64,000 nt of DNA from contig JBBCHK010000010.1 of assembly GCA_037200745.1 (NCBI GenBank), positions 3,101 to 67,100 of the forward strand, written 5' to 3'. Under the pieces are notes generated by a model that was not told where the DNA came from, searched no databases, and saw nothing but the letters and a program-made list of their open reading frames with translations. Shown in pieces: positions 59,048 to 64,000 of the stretch; positions within the stretch are counted from its first letter, which is position 1; the number at the start of each line of letters is the position of its first letter. This stretch comes from Alphaproteobacteria bacterium. Lineage in GTDB: Bacteria > Pseudomonadota > Alphaproteobacteria > Rickettsiales > UBA3002. The position numbers were made by a program, and so were the translations under genes.

Positions 59048-59731
59048 TTAAACGGTTGGCGTCTGGACCGACGCGCTGATCGTGCCTTCCGGCGCGGCGG
59101 CGGAGATCTTCCCTTTCGGGTCGCCGCCGAGGATGACTTCCTGCGTGCCGTTATCGTCGTGCCGGGTGATGCTCACTACGGAACCCTGGCCATGAGTCAT
59201 GTCGGCGACCAGCGCCGTCGCGGCGGAGCGCACGCCCTCATCGACGCCGTCGTTGTAGCTATGCCGCCGGGCGCGGTCGAAGAGGTAGCCGATCGCCGTC
59301 CAGGCGACGACGAAACCGCCGAGCTGCAGCCAGTTCGCCTTCGCCGTGCTGCGGTCGAAATATTCCTTGAAGGACGCCTTGAGGCTCGACCAGCTGAAGA
59401 CGCCGCGCTGCTCCGCCTTCTCCCATGCCGCAATGATCGCCGGGGAGGGAACCTGCTTCGCATACGCCGACATCGAGGCCAGATAGCCAAGGCCGACGCC
59501 CCCTGCCGCTTGCACAAGGAATTCGCCGACGGCCTGAAAGCCCCGGGGAGCGATGCGCTGCTCCCGGTGGCCGACCATGGGCGCCGCCGGCGCCGCGACG
59601 GGAACGAACGGCACCTGGCCGCCCAGATTGGACACGAGCGGCAGGCGCCCGATATTCCCTGCCGGTTCTTCCGCGACCGGTTCGGAAATTTCGACGGGCT
59701 CAGTGATCTCAACGGGTTCGGAAATGGCCAT
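59048..59731 (-). CDS. Hypothetical membrane protein with N-terminal EPVEI(T/S) repeats
   Basis: 227 aa. MAISEPVEITEPVEISEPVAEEP and two hydrophobic segments (FLVQAAGGVGLGYLASMSAYA; WLQLGGFVVAWTAIGYLF). No family recognised. Confidence 0.5.
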   Translation of the reverse strand: MAISEPVEITEPVEISEPVAEEPAGNIGRLPLVSNLGGQVPFVPVAAPAAPMVGHREQRIAPRGFQAVGEFLVQAAGGVGLGYLASMSAYAKQVPSPAIIAAWEKAEQRGVFSWSSLKASFKEYFDRSTAKANWLQLGGFVVAWTAIGYLFDRARRHSYNDGVDEGVRSAATALVADMTHGQGSVVSITRHDDNGTQEVILGGDPKGKISAAAPEGTISASVQTPTV

Positions 59732-59835
59732 GGCCTCATTCTAGACGCGGCCGCCGGGCAGGAATGTGAAGATTTGATGAAGCCTGCGCCCCATCTCACC
59801 TTGAAGCCTCGCGCAAAACTTGCTAGCGACGGGGC

Positions 59836-60723
59836 ATGCGCCGCTCCCTCCTGATTTTACTCGCCCTGCCGCTCCTCGCCACCGCCGCTTTGGCGCAGGA
59901 CGCCGACGATACCTCGGCGCTCACCGACAAGGTCAACCAGCTCCAGCGCGACGTCACCTTCCTGCAGCGCCAGGTCTATGGCGGCGCCGGTGCGCCCGAG
60001 GGCGGCAACGCACCGCTGCCCGCCGCGCCCGTCGCGGCGAACCAGGTGCAGATCTCCCAGCTGCAGGAGCAGATCCGCGAGCTGCGCGGCGAGATCGAGC
60101 AGCTGCAATACCAGAACAAGCAGCTCACCGACGCTGAGAAGAAATTCGAGGCCGACGTCGACTACCGCCTGCAGGCGCTGGAGAAGAATACCGCGTCCGT
60201 CGCCGCCGCCACGCCCGCAGCGGCGGAGCCGGCAAAGGCCGCAGCGCCGGCCGAGCCCGCGCAATACGCACCGAAGGACCAGCTCGCCCCCGTCACGCCG
60301 ACGGCGACAGCGCCTGCCGCGACCGGCAAGGATTTCCCCAACGCCAACGAGCACTATAATTACGCCTTCAAGCTCTTCAACGCGAAGGACTACAGCAACG
60401 CCGCGGTGAGCTTCGACGATTTCGTCCACAAATACCCGAACGACCCGCTCACCGCGAACGCCTATTACTGGCTGGGCGAAAGCTACTACGCGCGCAACGA
60501 CTATACCCGCGCCGCCGATTCCTTCCGTAAGGGTTATGAAGCGGGCCCCAACGAGCAGAAAGCGCCGGACAACCTCTACAAGCTCGCGATGTCGCTCGCC
60601 GCGATCAAGCGCACCGGCGAGGCCTGCATCGTGCTCGGCCAGGTCATCGACAAATACGGCGACGCCAACCCGCACACCAAGGAAAAGGCGACCGCCGCGC
60701 GCGTGAGCCTGCAATGCAAGTGA
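59836..60723 (+). CDS. cpoB: Tol-Pal system protein CpoB/YbgF
   Basis: Signal peptide, coiled coil (QISQLQEQIRELRGEIEQLQYQNKQL), and C-terminal TPR repeats (YNYAFKLFNAKDY..ANAYYWLGESYYARNDY). Confidence 0.9.
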   Translation: MRRSLLILLALPLLATAALAQDADDTSALTDKVNQLQRDVTFLQRQVYGGAGAPEGGNAPLPAAPVAANQVQISQLQEQIRELRGEIEQLQYQNKQLTDAEKKFEADVDYRLQALEKNTASVAAATPAAAEPAKAAAPAEPAQYAPKDQLAPVTPTATAPAATGKDFPNANEHYNYAFKLFNAKDYSNAAVSFDDFVHKYPNDPLTANAYYWLGESYYARNDYTRAADSFRKGYEAGPNEQKAPDNLYKLAMSLAAIKRTGEACIVLGQVIDKYGDANPHTKEKATAARVSLQCK

Positions 60724-60782
60724 CAGGTTCGAGTTGGCGGCTTCGCCGCCTACGAACCTGTCATCCCCGCGAAGGCGGGGAT
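60722..60782. repeat. Two tandem GC hairpins in the cpoB-tilS spacer
   Basis: GACAGGTTCG..GGCGG-cttc-GCCGCC..CGAACCTGTC (60722-60762), then ATCCCCGC-gaag-GCGGGGAT (60763-60782). The second is a REP-like unit related to 45016-45041. Confidence 0.6.
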
Positions 60783-60821
60783 CTCGCGACACAGGCAGGG
60801 CTTTCTCCTGTCTTTGCCGAA

Positions 60822-61850
60822 ATGCTAGAAGAACTCGGTCCCTTCGAGCCCTCCCCGCACCTCGCCGTCGCCCTCTCGGGCGGCAGCGACAGCCTCGCGC
60901 TGGCGCTGCTCGCCGATGCATGGGCGCGCGAGGGCGGCGGGCGCATCACCGCACTCATCGTCGATCACCGGCTGCGCGAGGGATCGACGGCGGAAGCGCA
61001 GGGCGTCGCCGGGCGGATGCGCGCGCGCGGCATCGCTGCCGCGATCCTCACCCCGCCGCACGCAGAGGCCGGCAACAACCTCATGCAGGCGGCGCGGGCG
61101 TGGCGTTACGATGCGCTCGCGCAATGGTGCCGCACGCACGACGTGCTGCATTGCCTGCTCGGCCACCATGCCGGCGACCAGCGCGAGACGGTGGCGCTGG
61201 CCGTCGCGCGCGGCGAGACGGCGGACGGCGTATCCGGCATGCGCCGCGCGCGCAATTATCGCGGCGTGCGTTTCCTGCGCCCGCTGCTCGGCGTCGAAAA
61301 GGAAACGCTGCGTGATCTCCTGCGCGCGCAGGGCATCGACTGGGTCGAGGATCCGACGAATGCCGACCTGCGCTTCGCCCGCGGGCGGTTGCGCGGTTTT
61401 CATCCCCTCCCCCATAGGGGGAGGGATAGGGTGGGGGCATTGGAAGCATTGAGTTCCAACAACGCCCCCCTCCTAACCTCCCCCCGGCGGGGGGAGGAGC
61501 GAGCAGAGCGCGAGCGCGACGTCGCAGCGGCAGCGGCGCGCTGCGCGGTGCTTTCACCCGAGGGCGAAGCGCGACTGGAGCTCGCCTGCTGGGCCGCATT
61601 GCCCGAAGAAACCGCCACGCAACTGCTCGCCGATCTCGTGCGCTGCCTCGGCGGCGATGTCTTCCGCCCGCGCCGGCCCAAGACCCTCGCCCTCGCCGGC
61701 TGGCTGCGCGCACAGGGCGCGGGACAACGCACGCTCGGCGGCTGCCTCCTTGCAAAACGCGGTGGCGAGCTCCATATCCGCCAGGAGAAGCCTGCGCAGG
61801 ACAAGCCCTTCCGCCCGGCGAAACCGCTTGCTGAGAGCCCGTTTTGGTGA
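60822..61850 (+). CDS. tilS: tRNA(Ile)-lysidine synthase TilS (contains an in-frame repeat-derived insert)
   Basis: PP-loop LAVALSGGSDSLAL, LLGHHAGDQRETV, FLRPLL. The start is uncertain (ORF opens at 60714). Confidence 0.85.
   Translation: MLEELGPFEPSPHLAVALSGGSDSLALALLADAWAREGGGRITALIVDHRLREGSTAEAQGVAGRMRARGIAAAILTPPHAEAGNNLMQAARAWRYDALAQWCRTHDVLHCLLGHHAGDQRETVALAVARGETADGVSGMRRARNYRGVRFLRPLLGVEKETLRDLLRAQGIDWVEDPTNADLRFARGRLRGFHPLPHRGRDRVGALEALSSNNAPLLTSPRRGEERAERERDVAAAAARCAVLSPEGEARLELACWAALPEETATQLLADLVRCLGGDVFRPRRPKTLALAGWLRAQGAGQRTLGGCLLAKRGGELHIRQEKPAQDKPFRPAKPLAESPFW
61401..61500. repeat. GC-rich double-hairpin element embedded in-frame in tilS
   Basis: CCCTCCCCC-ata-GGGGGAGGG (61405-61425) and CCTCCCCCC-ggc-GGGGGGAGG (61477-61497) flank an AT-richer core (TTGGAAGCATTGAGTTCCAACAAC). 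Confidence 0.6.
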
Positions 61851-62027
61851 TTGAATTTCCGTCCTTCCTACTGATTTTACCTATCCGACTGAGAGTGAGT
61901 TCGATTATGATGGATGAGATGCTAGGAGCCGGCGCGCGCAGAACCGCAGTGTAGCGGAGCTAGATGAGGATTCGAGCACGCCGGTGACGACGCAGATCGT
62001 CATCAGAATCGAACGTGAAGGGAAGCA

Positions 62028-63971
<1,944 letters not shown>

Positions 63972-64000
63972 TTGGCGCGCTACGCGCGCGGGGGGCGATA
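63972..64000. repeat. Mosaic palindromic element, copy F (only the first ~29 nt; truncated by the window end)
   Basis: TTGGCGCGCTACGCGCGCGGGGGGCGATA, directly after the ftsH TAA, resembles the type-1 terminus GGTGGTGCGCGCGTAGCGCGCACGGGGGGCGATTA. Confidence 0.5.

Overview
A 64 kb, high-GC (hand-sampled lines about 57-70% G+C) alphaproteobacterial chromosome segment. The assignment rests on the CtrA/ChpT cell-cycle phosphorelay, a class I LysRS, and yebC-ruvCAB-ybgC-tolQRAB-pal-cpoB-tilS-ftsH synteny. I cannot prove anything finer than class from the sequence alone.

Gene order, left to right:
- Tyr/Pro-rich secreted protein, TetR, MFS exporter
- cspA, a DEAD-box helicase, a PEBP-family protein
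- tRNA-Ser(UGA), followed directly by a ~5.8 kb low-GC island with no integrase: HxlR/SDR, SDR/TetR, and ArsR-desaturase-SRPBCC
- triple YbjQ, chaA, yceI-cytochrome b561, a SPOR protein
- lysK, HAD-IIA hydrolase, tlpA, argH, small lipoprotein, lysA, hpt, MJ0042 zinc-ribbon protein, ftsE
- a reversed ftsX-gmhB-ydcF-plsC block
- grpE, rph-rdgB-FMN reductase-dsbD-redoxin, a methyltransferase, pdxH
- fliJ/fliI, ctrA, cheW, a kinase-less cheA-like gene, chpT
- gmhA-rpe, rsmB, DUF1674, O-antigen ligase, FUSC, a pilin-like gene
- then the ruv/tol block listed above

Main observations:
1. A single low-GC 424-aa orphan P-loop NTPase gene sits between yebC and ruvC with no intergenic spacers. This is my best candidate for an undescribed (defence-like) function.
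2. A family of ~300-bp nested-palindrome mosaic elements is present: 3 full copies, 2 solo arms and 1 truncated copy. One copy has perfect 29-bp terminal inverted repeats. The element ends coincide with, or supply, the stop codons of flanking genes.
3. About 29 genes, including essential ones such as lysK, argH, lysA, grpE and ftsX, are broken by 1-nt indels. Nearly every indel I traced lies in a mononucleotide run of 2 or more bases, and they cluster between 9.5 and 41 kb. Sequencing or assembly error is more likely than true decay, so the 'pseudogene' labels below are provisional.
4. ftsE and ftsX are uncoupled in a way that one ~2.9 kb inversion would explain.
5. An Hpt+2xCheW protein lacking an ATPase domain lies between ctrA and chpT.
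6. tilS carries an in-frame GC-hairpin insertion.

No rRNA genes, CRISPR arrays or transposases were seen.
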